A stretch of DNA of 31,427 nt from Pseudomonadota bacterium (lineage in GTDB: Bacteria; Pseudomonadota; Alphaproteobacteria; Rhizobiales; CAJQND01): positions 1 through 31,427 of the forward strand of contig JBCDIP010000001.1 of assembly GCA_038748855.1 (NCBI GenBank). Direction: 5' to 3'. The translations under genes and the position numbers were made by a program. Shown here piece by piece: positions 1 through 8,821 of the stretch. The notes beneath the pieces are model-generated. The model was not told where the DNA came from. It was given only the letters and a program-made list of their open reading frames with translations, and did not search any database. Numbering within the stretch: the first letter of the stretch is position 1; each line of letters opens with the position of its first letter.

Positions 1-2706
1 CACGTCTGCACGGCTTAAGCCGGCCGACACCATCATGAGCGCCATATCACCCACCATCTTGGAGGAGGGGGTAACTTTGACGATGTCGCCGAACATGGCG
101 TTCACGTCCGCATAGGTTTTGGCCACGTCGTGCCATTTGTTGGCAAGCCCCAGGGAGCGTGCCTGCTCCTTCAAGTTGGTGAACTGCCCACCCGGCATTT
201 CGTGCAGATAGACTTCCGATGCCCCGGCGCGCATGTCCGGTTCAAACGCGGCGTATTGGTCGCGCACCTCCTCCCAGTAATCGGAGAAGGCACGGATGTT
301 GGAGCTGGAGAGCCCGGTTTCGCGGTCCGTGTTCTGAAGAGCTTCAACAAGCGAGCCCAAGTTCGGCTGAGACGTGAGGCCGGAGAGCGAGTCCATCGCA
401 CCATCTGCCGCATCCACGCCTGCTTCTGAGGCAGCCAGGATGGTGGCCGCCGAGATCCCCGATGTGTCATGGGTGTGCAGATGTAAGGGCAGGCCGTTCT
501 CCTGCTTCAAGGCAGGAATGAGAACTGAGGCTGCCGCCGGCTTCAAAAGGCCGGCCATATCTTTCAAGCACAAAACATGCACGCCGGCCTCTTTAAGCTC
601 GCGCGCCATCTTCAGATAGTAGTCGAGGTTATAGGTGCCGCGGCGAGGATCCAGCAGATCGCCCGTGTAGCAAATGGCGCCCTCGCAGAGTTTGCCGCTT
701 TCGCCCACCGCGTCGATCGCCACGCGCATGTTCTCGACCCAGTTTAAGCTATCAAACACCCGGAACACGTCCATCCCGCTGTCTGCGGCCTGGCGGATGA
801 ACTCTTGCACGATGTTATCTGGATAGCTGGTGTAGCCCACCCCGTTGGAGCCCCTGAACAGCATTTGCAGCATGTGTCCCGGCATCGCCTCGCGCATCTT
901 GCGCAGCCGTTCCCAAGGGCACTCGTCCAGAAACCGCATGGCCACATCGAATGTGGCCCCGCCCCAGCACTCCAGCGAGAACAGGTCCCGCAAATGCGAC
1001 TGATAGGCAGGCGCTGCGGCCACAAGATCGTAAGTGCGCACACGCGTGGCCAGAAGGGACTGGTGCGCATCGCGCATGGTTGTGTCGGTCAACAGCAGAG
1101 CCCTCTGCGCCAGCATCCACTGTGCAACCGCCCCTGGGCCGTCCTCATCCAAGATGCGCTTTGCAGTCTCTTGGGGAGGGGGGACCTCTTGCAAATTGGA
1201 CGGCAGCTTTGGCGGACCCACATGGCGCGGAGGCTTCGGTCTGCCGTTCGCCTCGCGTTGGCCGTTCACGTTCACGTCGGCAATGTAGCGCAACAGGCGC
1301 GTGGCCCGGTCGCGCCGTTTGGGAAACTCGAACAGTTCGGGTGTGTCATCGATGAAGCGCGTTGTGTAGTCCATCGCCCTGAACTTGGGATGGTTGATCA
1401 GGTTCTCTACGAAGGTAATGTTCGTGGCCACGCCGCGAATCCTGAACTCACGCAAGGCCCGGTCCATACGGGCAATGGCTTCCTCCGGCGTTGGGGCCCA
1501 GGCTGTGACCTTTTCCAGTAGTGAATCATAGTAGCGGGTGATCACGGCGCCTGAATAGGCCGTGCCCCCGTCCAGACGGATCCCGAATCCGGTTGCGCCG
1601 CGATAGGCCGAGATGCGGCCGTAGTCAGGGACAAAGTTATTCTCAGGATCTTCTGACGTAACCCGGCATTGCATGGCGTGCCCGTTGAGAACGATCTCAT
1701 CTTGGTCAGGCACACCGCTTTCTTCAACAGCCCCGATACGCGCGCCTTGAGCAATGCGGATTTGAGCTTTGACAATGTCGATGCCGGTGACTTGCTCGCT
1801 CACCGTATGCTCAACTTGAATGCGCGGGTTGACTTCGATGAAATAGAACGCGCCGCTGTCAGCGTCCATAAGGAACTCGGCCGTACCTGCGTTCACATAG
1901 TTGGCGCGCTGGGCCAACAAAAGGGCCGACTGACAGAGCTGCGTGCGTTCCTCGTCGCTGAGATAGGGGGCAGGCGCGCGCTCGATAACCTTTTGATTGC
2001 GCCGTTGGATCGAGCAGTCCCGTTCCCAAAGATGCACAATGTTGCCATGGGTGTCCCCCAAAAGCTGCACCTCCACATGGCGGGCGTTGCGCACCAGTTT
2101 CTCCAAGTAAACTTCGCCATTGCCAAAAGCGTTTTCCGCTTCACGCCGGCCTGCATGGACGTTCTCCAAAAGCTCAGCCTTGCTTTCGATCACGCGCATG
2201 CCGCGGCCCCCGCCGCCCCAGCTGGCTTTCAGCATTACCGGAAAACCGATCTCATCGGCCAGCTTCAGAATGTCTGCGTCGTCCTCGGGCAGGGGCCCCG
2301 TTGCGGGCATGACGGGCGTGCCAGCGGCCACGGCCATTTGGCGCGCAGACACCTTGTTGCCGAGCGAGCGCATCACCTCAACGGGCGGACCGATCCACGT
2401 CATGCCGGCGGCCATTATGGCCTCTGCAAACTCCGGCTTCTCAGAAAGGAAACCGTAGCCCGGGTGGATGGCATCTACACCGGCCTCCGTGGCGATACGG
2501 ATGATGTCATCTATGTCCAGATAAGCTTTGACCGGCCCGGAGCCTTCGCCGACGCAAAACGCCTGATCGGCCTTGAACCTGTGCAGTGAGAGCTTGTCCT
2601 CGTTTGCGTAGATGGCAACAGTGTGGATGCCCAGCTCGTTGGCGGCCCGGAGCACCCGGATCGCGATCTCGCCCCGATTGGCAACCAGCAGCTTTTTGAT
2701 TTTCAT
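1..2706 (-). CDS. pyc: Pyruvate carboxylase, 5' part (runs off the left edge; not in the ORF track)
   Basis: Hand translation from ATG at 2706: MKIKKLLVANRGEIAIRVLRAANELGI. Also GFGIRLDGGTAYSGAVITRYYDSLLEKVTAW (~1590), MLQMLFRGSNGVGY (~873) and YLHEMPGGQFTNLKEQA...DIVKVTPSSKMVGD (~200-50), all in the same frame. Confidence 0.97.
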   Translation of the reverse strand, partial: MKIKKLLVANRGEIAIRVLRAANELGIHTVAIYANEDKLSLHRFKADQAFCVGEGSGPVKAYLDIDDIIRIATEAGVDAIHPGYGFLSEKPEFAEAIMAAGMTWIGPPVEVMRSLGNKVSARQMAVAAGTPVMPATGPLPEDDADILKLADEIGFPVMLKASWGGGGRGMRVIESKAELLENVHAGRREAENAFGNGEVYLEKLVRNARHVEVQLLGDTHGNIVHLWERDCSIQRRNQKVIERAPAPYLSDEERTQLCQSALLLAQRANYVNAGTAEFLMDADSGAFYFIEVNPRIQVEHTVSEQVTGIDIVKAQIRIAQGARIGAVEESGVPDQDEIVLNGHAMQCRVTSEDPENNFVPDYGRISAYRGATGFGIRLDGGTAYSGAVITRYYDSLLEKVTAWAPTPEEAIARMDRALREFRIRGVATNITFVENLINHPKFRAMDYTTRFIDDTPELFEFPKRRDRATRLLRYIADVNVNGQREANGRPKPPRHVGPPKLPSNLQEVPPPQETAKRILDEDGPGAVAQWMLAQRALLLTDTTMRDAHQSLLATRVRTYDLVAAAPAYQSHLRDLFSLECWGGATFDVAMRFLDECPWERLRKMREAMPGHMLQMLFRGSNGVGYTSYPDNIVQEFIRQAADSGMDVFRVFDSLNWVENMRVAIDAVGESGKLCEGAICYTGDLLDPRRGTYNLDYYLKMARELKEAGVHVLCLKDMAGLLKPAAASVLIPALKQENGLPLHLHTHDTSGISAATILAASEAGVDAADGAMDSLSGLTSQPNLGSLVEALQNTDRETGLSSSNIRAFSDYWEEVRDQYAAFEPDMRAGASEVYLHEMPGGQFTNLKEQARSLGLANKWHDVAKTYADVNAMFGDIVKVTPSSKMVGDMALMMVSAGLSRADV

Positions 2707-2821
2707 GGCAGGCACCCGCTCTTTCCCCGATGGTTTGGACCGCGGAGAGATCTAGCACGTAATGGCTCTGCACAAACACGCCAAAGTGGATAAGCTCAGC
2801 ACGTCCCAAGAAGCGGAGCGG

Positions 2822-3961
2822 TCAGGCGGCCATAAAGATCTCTACGAACTCTCTTCGCATAGCGGCATACCACGGCGGTTCTGCCGGCCAGGTGTTGAGA
2901 TTGCTCAGAGCATCCCCGGGATAAGCCTCCCCAAAGTTCTTTGTGTAGGCCTCACCTGCATATTTGTCGGCGCCCCTGACCGGAGAGTTGTATCCGTGGA
3001 TCCGGATCGCCTGGCCCGCATTCTGTGGGGTGTAAGCGAACTCCAGGAACGCATAGATCTGGTCGATATTCTTCGCGCGCGCGGAGACCGCGATACCATC
3101 CACCCAGGTCAGGGCGCCTTCCTTGGGCGCTTGATACATCACCGGCGCGCCTGTGTTCTTCAAAGCCAAGGGCGGCCCGTCCCAGGTTTGCCCAAGGGCC
3201 ACCTCGCCGGTGAGGAGGGCCGTCTTTTGAGTTTCCGCATTGTCCCAAAGCACCTTCACGGTTTGTTTGCGCTCAACGCACCATTTGGTGATTTGCTCCC
3301 AAACCGGCTTCATTTTTTCCGGGCTCTCATAGGCAGCCCACACCGCGCCAGGCTCCAGCTCGCCGGCCGATTGAAGGTAGAGACCTGCGCCCAGCATCAT
3401 CGAGTGGGCCCGGCCCATGGTTTGTCCGGCATTCTCTGGCGCCCAGACATCGCCATAGGAAGGAACCGTGTCTTTGGGTGTCCACTTGTCCGTGCGCCAG
3501 GCGATCCCTTCTGTGCCCCACAGATATGGCAGCCAATGGGCGCCCTTATCGTCAAAGTTCCACCCGCTTGATCCGATTTTGGCCATGCCCGGGTTGAGGG
3601 CGTCCATGGACACGCGCGTCAGATCAAACGGCTGCAACAGCCCGAGCTTGGCCCATTGCAGATTGCGGTGGCTTGTGGGGGAGGCAAGATCATAGCCGTC
3701 CCCGCCGCTGGCTTGCATCTTTTGAAGCAACCCCTCGTTTGAGCCAATGGGTGTGTGGTTGACCTTGATGCCCGTCTGATCCTGAAAAGCACTCAGGAAA
3801 CTTCTTGGAAGATAGTCAGACCACATGAGGATGTTGAGCTCGCCCGAGGAGGAGCGTGCCTGGCTCACCAGAGCGGGAGCCGCAAGAGCGCCCAGCGCTG
3901 CAGCCGAAGAGGATCTCAAGAGTTTTCGCCGGGAAACACGGGGTAAGACGGGTCTTGTCAT
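2822..3961 (-). CDS. Polyamine/opine-type (PotD/PotF-like) ABC transporter substrate-binding protein with twin-arginine signal peptide
   Basis: SRRKLL Tat motif followed by a hydrophobic stretch and AxA site; ELNILMWSDY, LPYLWGTEGIAW, GQTWDG and PKEGALTW motifs typical of this SBP family. Start placed at ATG 3961 rather than 4012. Confidence 0.85.
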   Translation of the reverse strand: MTRPVLPRVSRRKLLRSSSAAALGALAAPALVSQARSSSGELNILMWSDYLPRSFLSAFQDQTGIKVNHTPIGSNEGLLQKMQASGGDGYDLASPTSHRNLQWAKLGLLQPFDLTRVSMDALNPGMAKIGSSGWNFDDKGAHWLPYLWGTEGIAWRTDKWTPKDTVPSYGDVWAPENAGQTMGRAHSMMLGAGLYLQSAGELEPGAVWAAYESPEKMKPVWEQITKWCVERKQTVKVLWDNAETQKTALLTGEVALGQTWDGPPLALKNTGAPVMYQAPKEGALTWVDGIAVSARAKNIDQIYAFLEFAYTPQNAGQAIRIHGYNSPVRGADKYAGEAYTKNFGEAYPGDALSNLNTWPAEPPWYAAMRREFVEIFMAA

Positions 3962-4268
3962 AATCGGCCTGTTGTGACGGATGTGGTGCCTGCCGCGTGA
4001 GCGGGTGCGCACGGCTTAATAGGACGGTGAAGAAACAAAGGGTAGGGCCAGTCCATCACAAATTTGCCGCAGGGGCCGCCAAGCCGTCCGTCCCGAGATC
4101 AGAGACAATCGGAGGTGAAATACACCAAATAGTGGCAAAAGTTTGCCAGCGCTAACTTTCTGTGGTAAAGGAAAGGTTAGATCGAGACTCCCACCCACCG
4201 GGGGATCATAAAGGCAGGAGCCTCGACCGTTTCCCGGAAATCCGGGAACCTGCATGTCTCTAAAAGAC

Positions 4269-4287
4269 TGTCAAGTTATGCTTGACA
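4269..4287. promoter_or_regulatory. Inverted repeat TGTCAAG-N5-CTTGACA (candidate operator and/or back-to-back -35 hexamers)
   Basis: Perfect 7-bp inverted repeat giving TTGACA on both strands, in a divergent intergenic region. No convincing -10 found at 17 bp. Confidence 0.3.
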
Positions 4288-4410
4288 ACTACGCTATGTC
4301 GTCGTCAATGTCAATGCAGTGTGCGCAAATTTTCCCTCTATTGCAATTCCCTATTTTTCATTGATATGCGAAATCTTTTTCTTGCATTTGATTGACTAGC
4401 AATACGGTAC

Positions 4411-4428
4411 TGGTACAAAAATGTACCA
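4411..4428. promoter_or_regulatory. Palindrome TGGTACA-N4-TGTACCA, resembling GntR/FadR-subfamily operators
   Basis: Perfect 7-bp inverted repeat in AT-rich divergent DNA. Fits the TnGT-Nn-ACnA pattern known for FadR-type regulators. Confidence 0.35.
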
Positions 4429-4782
4429 TTAAAATTCCTCAGATTTTGCGAAGAATTGAGCGGCCAGTGTTTGGTTAATAGTCTATTTTTAAAAGGAAAA
4501 TTTTGTGTTTCACAAATTTTCCCCACAACAAGGACACCAAAGGTTCCAGCAGACGAGAACGTCAACTGTCGCACGATCTACGCCATTCCAGGGTCTCAAA
4601 AAATCAGAACTTTTTGACATTCAAAACCATAGGTGCTCACGGGGTTGTGCGTGAATTGTCACGCAGGTCAGTAAAGCGTTACTGCCGCTGAAAGCGTTCA
4701 GCTGAAAACGCCACATGAGGCTTTTCCTTGCTGAAAAGATCAGCTAGGCAGACCCTATGAAATCCCAGGGGTTAAAGGCATC

Positions 4783-5745
4783 ATGACCAGCAGCAGCGTA
4801 TCTTCTGAACAGTCGTCTACGAAAACGGTTCCCCTCCAGGCCCGGCGCGAAGGCGGGGGCACGCCGCTCATGGAGAAGTGGTCCCTAACCTCAGAGGCAG
4901 GGCGACTGACCGATGTATTGTTAGGACCCGCGGAAGGGTTCCGCTGGATGGGCCTTGAGAACGCGGCCTATAGCTCCTTGGTGCGTGATACCATCCGCCG
5001 TGGATATGCTTTCGATAAGCAGGTGGCCATGCGTCAGCACCGAGAGATGGTGGACGCCTATGGGGATGCCGGAGTCACCTGCCATTTCCTGCCGCTGGAT
5101 GAGGAAAATCCCTATCAAGTGTATGCCCGCGATTCCAGTTTCATGACCGAGCATGGCGCCGTGATCTGCCAATTGGCCAATCCTCGGCGCCGCGGCGAAT
5201 ATGCGTCCGTTCTCAGATTCTATTTGGTCAACGATATTCCGATCTATGACATGGTCAGCGCCGGCAATTTTGAAGGGGGCGATTTCAACATCATCGGCGA
5301 GAAGTGCGCCCTCATCGGTTACACCGACCACCGCAGCGAAGAAGTTGCCGCCAGGCAGATCGGTGACTGGTTCGTGGCCGAGGGCTGGGAAATCATGTAC
5401 GCGCCAATTGATCAGTTTTACGTGCACATTGATCTCATGGTCTGCATGTTGAACGCTGAATGCGCGGCCGTTTGCTTGGACACCACCGATGCGGAGATCG
5501 TCGACTGGCTCAAGGCCAAGAAGATCGAAATCATCCCGGCCAGCTTCAAGGAAACCATGGCGCTGGGGTGCAACGTAGTTGCGCTGGGCCAAGACCGTGT
5601 CCTGTCCACTCACGGTGCAGTTGAGCTCAACGCAAACATGCGCGCTGCGGGATTTAAAGTCTACGATCCGGACATGAGCATGTTTACCCGCGCTGGTGGC
5701 GGCGTTCATTGCATGTGCCAGCCTCTCAACCGGGAAGCAGCTTGA
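4783..5745 (+). CDS. Amidinotransferase superfamily enzyme, arginine deiminase/dimethylargininase (DDAH)-like
   Basis: SEAGRLTDVLL, YARD, RRGE, FEGGD, HID, GCNVVAL and GGGVHCMCQPL motifs; Asp/His/Cys catalytic residues present. Alternative start at ATG 4870. Confidence 0.88.
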   Translation: MTSSSVSSEQSSTKTVPLQARREGGGTPLMEKWSLTSEAGRLTDVLLGPAEGFRWMGLENAAYSSLVRDTIRRGYAFDKQVAMRQHREMVDAYGDAGVTCHFLPLDEENPYQVYARDSSFMTEHGAVICQLANPRRRGEYASVLRFYLVNDIPIYDMVSAGNFEGGDFNIIGEKCALIGYTDHRSEEVAARQIGDWFVAEGWEIMYAPIDQFYVHIDLMVCMLNAECAAVCLDTTDAEIVDWLKAKKIEIIPASFKETMALGCNVVALGQDRVLSTHGAVELNANMRAAGFKVYDPDMSMFTRAGGGVHCMCQPLNREAA

Positions 5746-5801
5746 TCAAATTTCATTCAAATTGCGCCTATTGAGTGTAAACCATAAAATATGCACGCAA
5801 A

Positions 5802-5830
5802 TTGACGCATCATGGCGTTCCTGTTAGGGT
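5802..5830 (+). promoter_or_regulatory. Putative sigma70 promoter TTGACG-N17-TAGGGT for the second amidinotransferase
   Basis: -35 TTGACG at 5802-5807, 17-nt spacer, TAnnnT at 5825-5830, preceded by AT-rich DNA. Confidence 0.45.
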
Positions 5831-5849
5831 TGTAGCTAAGAAGAGTTCA

Positions 5850-6005
5850 GCTCGACTGCCGGGGGGTCGGAAGAGACTGGAGTGCATCCGGTTCTTGGTC
5901 ACCTGGCGAGGCGCCGGAAGTATTCCAGTCTCTGAAATCCAAACAGCCATCCCAATCCTTTTAGAGAAACGGTGACGCTAAGGTTCTGCTCGGCTAAGGT
6001 CGAGC
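5850..6005 (+). ncRNA. Candidate structured 5' leader (cis-regulatory RNA) of the 6007 gene; family not recognised
   Basis: Near-continuous ~25-bp hairpin at 5872-5933 with five G-U pairs valid only on the + strand; small hairpin at 5852-5870; hairpin at 5988-6005 directly before the ATG. Confidence 0.45.
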
Positions 6006-6006
6006 C

Positions 6007-6990
6007 ATGAGCGAGCAATCACACATCAATGTTGTTTCTGAGTGGGCCGAGTTACGCGAATGCGTTTACGGTTCACCGGACTACTGGGTCCTGCCGGTCT
6101 TTCTGGGCGATGCCAAGTTGCGCGCCCAAGGGCCTTTTACGCAATACTGGATCGACAATCAGGGCGCCGATATCAAACAGACCGATCCGGATCTGTTTGC
6201 CGAGTTCCACGATCAGATCGAGGGCGCGATCAAGCTTCTGGAAAGCCTCGGCGTGAAGGTCCATGTGGCCGGTCCGCTGAGCGCCGACAACCGGAACTAC
6301 CCCCGCGGCGAGGATCACGGTGTGGAGACCGGCTGGATGCGCGATCCGTTCGTGACCATCGGCAACAATGTGATTGAGCTCGCACCGCGCACCTTGTTCC
6401 ACCGGCGTCAACGCTTCGCCATCCGCGAGATCCTGGCCGGCACCATGGAGCGCGGTGCGCGCTACTTCTCCCAGCCCGATGGCGGGGCAGACGACAGTGC
6501 CGAAGGGCCCGGATGGGGCTACTTGGAGGGCGGGGACATCTTCGTGCTCGGCTCCAATATCTTTGTTGGTCACTCTGGCGGTTGCTCCAATCCGGAGGGT
6601 GCGCGCTGGCTTCAGCATGCCTTGGGTGCGGACTACACGGTGGAGATGGTGCGCGTGGATCCCATGTTCCCGCACTTGGACTGTGTGCTGATGACACCGC
6701 GCGAAGGGGTCGCGGTCGCGTGCCTGGAGGCGCTGCCCGATGGGCTGCCGGATCATATGAAGGACTGGGACGTGGTGGACGTGCCCAAGACGTTGGCCAA
6801 GGGACATATGGGCTGCAACAACTTGGTGCTGAACGACCGAACGGTGGTGGTCCCCTCAGAGGAGCCCCTCAACCCTATCGTTGAGGCGCTGGAGGCGCAC
6901 AAGTTCGAAGTGATCCGCATCCCCTATAGGGTGCCGTGCATGGTGGGCGGCTCGTTCCGCTGCGCCCACCAGCCGCTCATCCGCGTTTAG
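6007..6990 (+). CDS. Amidinotransferase superfamily enzyme, glycine/inosamine-phosphate amidinotransferase-like
   Basis: N-terminal VVSEWAELRECVYG (compare xxEWDPLEEVIVG); RDP, LEGGD, HLDC, GCNNLVL and GGSFRCAHQPL motifs with catalytic Asp/His/Cys. Confidence 0.85.
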   Translation: MSEQSHINVVSEWAELRECVYGSPDYWVLPVFLGDAKLRAQGPFTQYWIDNQGADIKQTDPDLFAEFHDQIEGAIKLLESLGVKVHVAGPLSADNRNYPRGEDHGVETGWMRDPFVTIGNNVIELAPRTLFHRRQRFAIREILAGTMERGARYFSQPDGGADDSAEGPGWGYLEGGDIFVLGSNIFVGHSGGCSNPEGARWLQHALGADYTVEMVRVDPMFPHLDCVLMTPREGVAVACLEALPDGLPDHMKDWDVVDVPKTLAKGHMGCNNLVLNDRTVVVPSEEPLNPIVEALEAHKFEVIRIPYRVPCMVGGSFRCAHQPLIRV

Positions 6991-8375
6991 GCCAATTGCG
7001 GCCAGCCGATCCCGCCGAAGTCGTCTTCAAACGCCTTGCCGATGCGAAGCGCTGTTGTCTCATGGCGGCCCGGCGCCATGATCTGCAGGCTCATCGGCAG
7101 ACCGTTTCCTGCAATGCCCATGGGCTGGGCGAGGGCGCAGAACCCCAGATAGTTCGCCATCCGCGTCAGTTGTGAAGGCGCCGAATCCTGATCGATCTCG
7201 GCCACAACCGGCGCCGTGATGGGCGTGGTGGGCGAAACGATGGCGGCCATTCCGCGCATGGCCTTCAAGAACTCTTGCCGCACTTCGAGCCGTTCTTGAA
7301 GCGCGCCGATATATTCATTCGCCGTCACAGCCTTGCCGGCCATGATCCGCTTCTCAATATCGCTGTCCATGAGGTTGGCGGGATCCTCATAGGTTGCGCC
7401 ATGGTGATAGTAGCCCTCCGAACCGATCAGTGTGGCGACCGCCCAGCGCATATGGTCGATAGAGCGGGGCAGGGTGAGCTCCACAATCTCGGCCCCAAGG
7501 CTCTCAAGGCGCCCCAGAGCGTCACCATAGCTCTCGCGCACCTCAGGGTCGAGAAACTCCCGGTCGGCCTGGGTGAGCACTCCAAGCGTGAGCCCGGCAA
7601 TGCCTTCGGTCATGGCGCCGAACACGCCCTGTGACGTTGTGAGATCATGGTCGATCTTTCCGGGTTCCGCACCATCCATGGTCACATACATAATGGCCGC
7701 ATCCACAACCGAGCGGCACATGGGCCCGGGTGTGTCGAGGGTATGGGACAACGGCAAGATCCCCTCAAGGGGCAGGCGTCCTTCGGTCACTTTCAGCCCC
7801 GTCAGGCCGCAAAAAGCTGAGGGGATCCGCACTGACCCGCCCGTATCGGTACCCACGGCGCACGCCGTCAGGCCGGCAGAGGTCGCCGCGCCGGAGCCGC
7901 TGGACGAGCCTCCGGGCGCGCGGTGCGTGTCCGCGTCCCAGGGGTTCCACGGGGTTCCACGTTGTTGGTTGGTACCCCAGGGGCCATAGGCCACCTCCAC
8001 TGTCTTGGTTTTGCCGATGAGCACACCGCCGCCGGCAATGAGGCGCTTGGCTATGGTGGCTGAGGAGGAGGCCACGCGGTCGGCATAAGCGTTGCTGCCT
8101 CCAGTGGTCACGTGGCCCTCCACATCAATCAGATCTTTCAGCGCAAACGGGATGCCGTGGAACGGCCCGATCCGGTGGCCCGCCGCAATGGCACGTGTTG
8201 CAGCCTCGGCGGCCTCTAGCGCTGCATCCTTCAGCACGATCTCAAAGGCCTGTATCTTCGGCTCCAACCGCTCGATCTGGCTGAGGCATGCCGCCACGGC
8301 CTCGCTGGGGGTGTGGGCGCCGCTCTTATAGTCCGCCGCCAGATCGGCAATGCCGCGTTTGTGGAGTTCGGTCAC
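6987..8375 (-). CDS. Amidase-signature family amidase (GatA/AtzE-like)
   Basis: FALKDLID (Lys), PGGSSSGS and GTDTGGSVRIP: the Ser-cisSer-Lys triad motifs. Confidence 0.92.
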   Translation of the reverse strand: MTELHKRGIADLAADYKSGAHTPSEAVAACLSQIERLEPKIQAFEIVLKDAALEAAEAATRAIAAGHRIGPFHGIPFALKDLIDVEGHVTTGGSNAYADRVASSSATIAKRLIAGGGVLIGKTKTVEVAYGPWGTNQQRGTPWNPWDADTHRAPGGSSSGSGAATSAGLTACAVGTDTGGSVRIPSAFCGLTGLKVTEGRLPLEGILPLSHTLDTPGPMCRSVVDAAIMYVTMDGAEPGKIDHDLTTSQGVFGAMTEGIAGLTLGVLTQADREFLDPEVRESYGDALGRLESLGAEIVELTLPRSIDHMRWAVATLIGSEGYYHHGATYEDPANLMDSDIEKRIMAGKAVTANEYIGALQERLEVRQEFLKAMRGMAAIVSPTTPITAPVVAEIDQDSAPSQLTRMANYLGFCALAQPMGIAGNGLPMSLQIMAPGRHETTALRIGKAFEDDFGGIGWPQLA

Positions 8376-8455
8376 GGAGTTGGATCCTCGTGTTTGCTAA
8401 GGGCCGAGGGCTGTGCCAATCATAAGCCTGCCCGGCCGGAAGGGAGGGGGTAACT

Positions 8456-8821
8456 ATGGAACAACTTCAAGGTCTTGCCAATCGCGATCCGCTGGCCTTG
8501 CGCTGGGGCCGTGGGGCGGCTTTTGACATGATGCTCGGCGTTGAAGATCAACTCTTCCGGATTCAGATCGCTGATGGCACGGTGCACCAGATCACCGCAT
8601 TGCCCGGCAAGCTCACCTCTTGGGACTTTGCGGTCACAGGACCACGGGCGTCCTGGCAGGCGCACTGGGCCCCGGTGCCGGCGCCCACATTTCATGATCT
8701 CATTGCCATGCGCACGGCAGGCCACATTGCCATTGAAGGCAACCTGACCTCCTTCTTCCAGAACATCCTCTATGTGAAGCGCCTGCTGGAGCTGCCGCGT
8801 GCGCAAGGGTGGCTGTCATGA
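8456..8821 (+). CDS. Conserved hypothetical protein, SCP2/sterol-carrier-like fold suspected
   Basis: 121 aa; AGG-containing RBS upstream; ATGA overlap with the next gene; C-terminal IAIEGNL-type motif reminiscent of SCP2 domains. Confidence 0.6.
   Translation: MEQLQGLANRDPLALRWGRGAAFDMMLGVEDQLFRIQIADGTVHQITALPGKLTSWDFAVTGPRASWQAHWAPVPAPTFHDLIAMRTAGHIAIEGNLTSFFQNILYVKRLLELPRAQGWLS

Noticed and set aside
130-2589. + strand ORFs of 306, 238, 134 aa and others over the left end
   Set aside because: All are antisense to pyc, whose frame was verified by hand at several points.
4338-4574. 78-aa ORF in the AT-rich intergenic region
   Set aside because: No RBS, atypical composition for this genome, no motif; overlaps probable operator sites.
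5901-5920. CTGGCGAGGCGCCGG resembles the start of the guanidine-III riboswitch
   Set aside because: The downstream GACAAGACGGCGC-like pseudoknot half is missing, and no paired ACGR loops (class II) or class I core are present.
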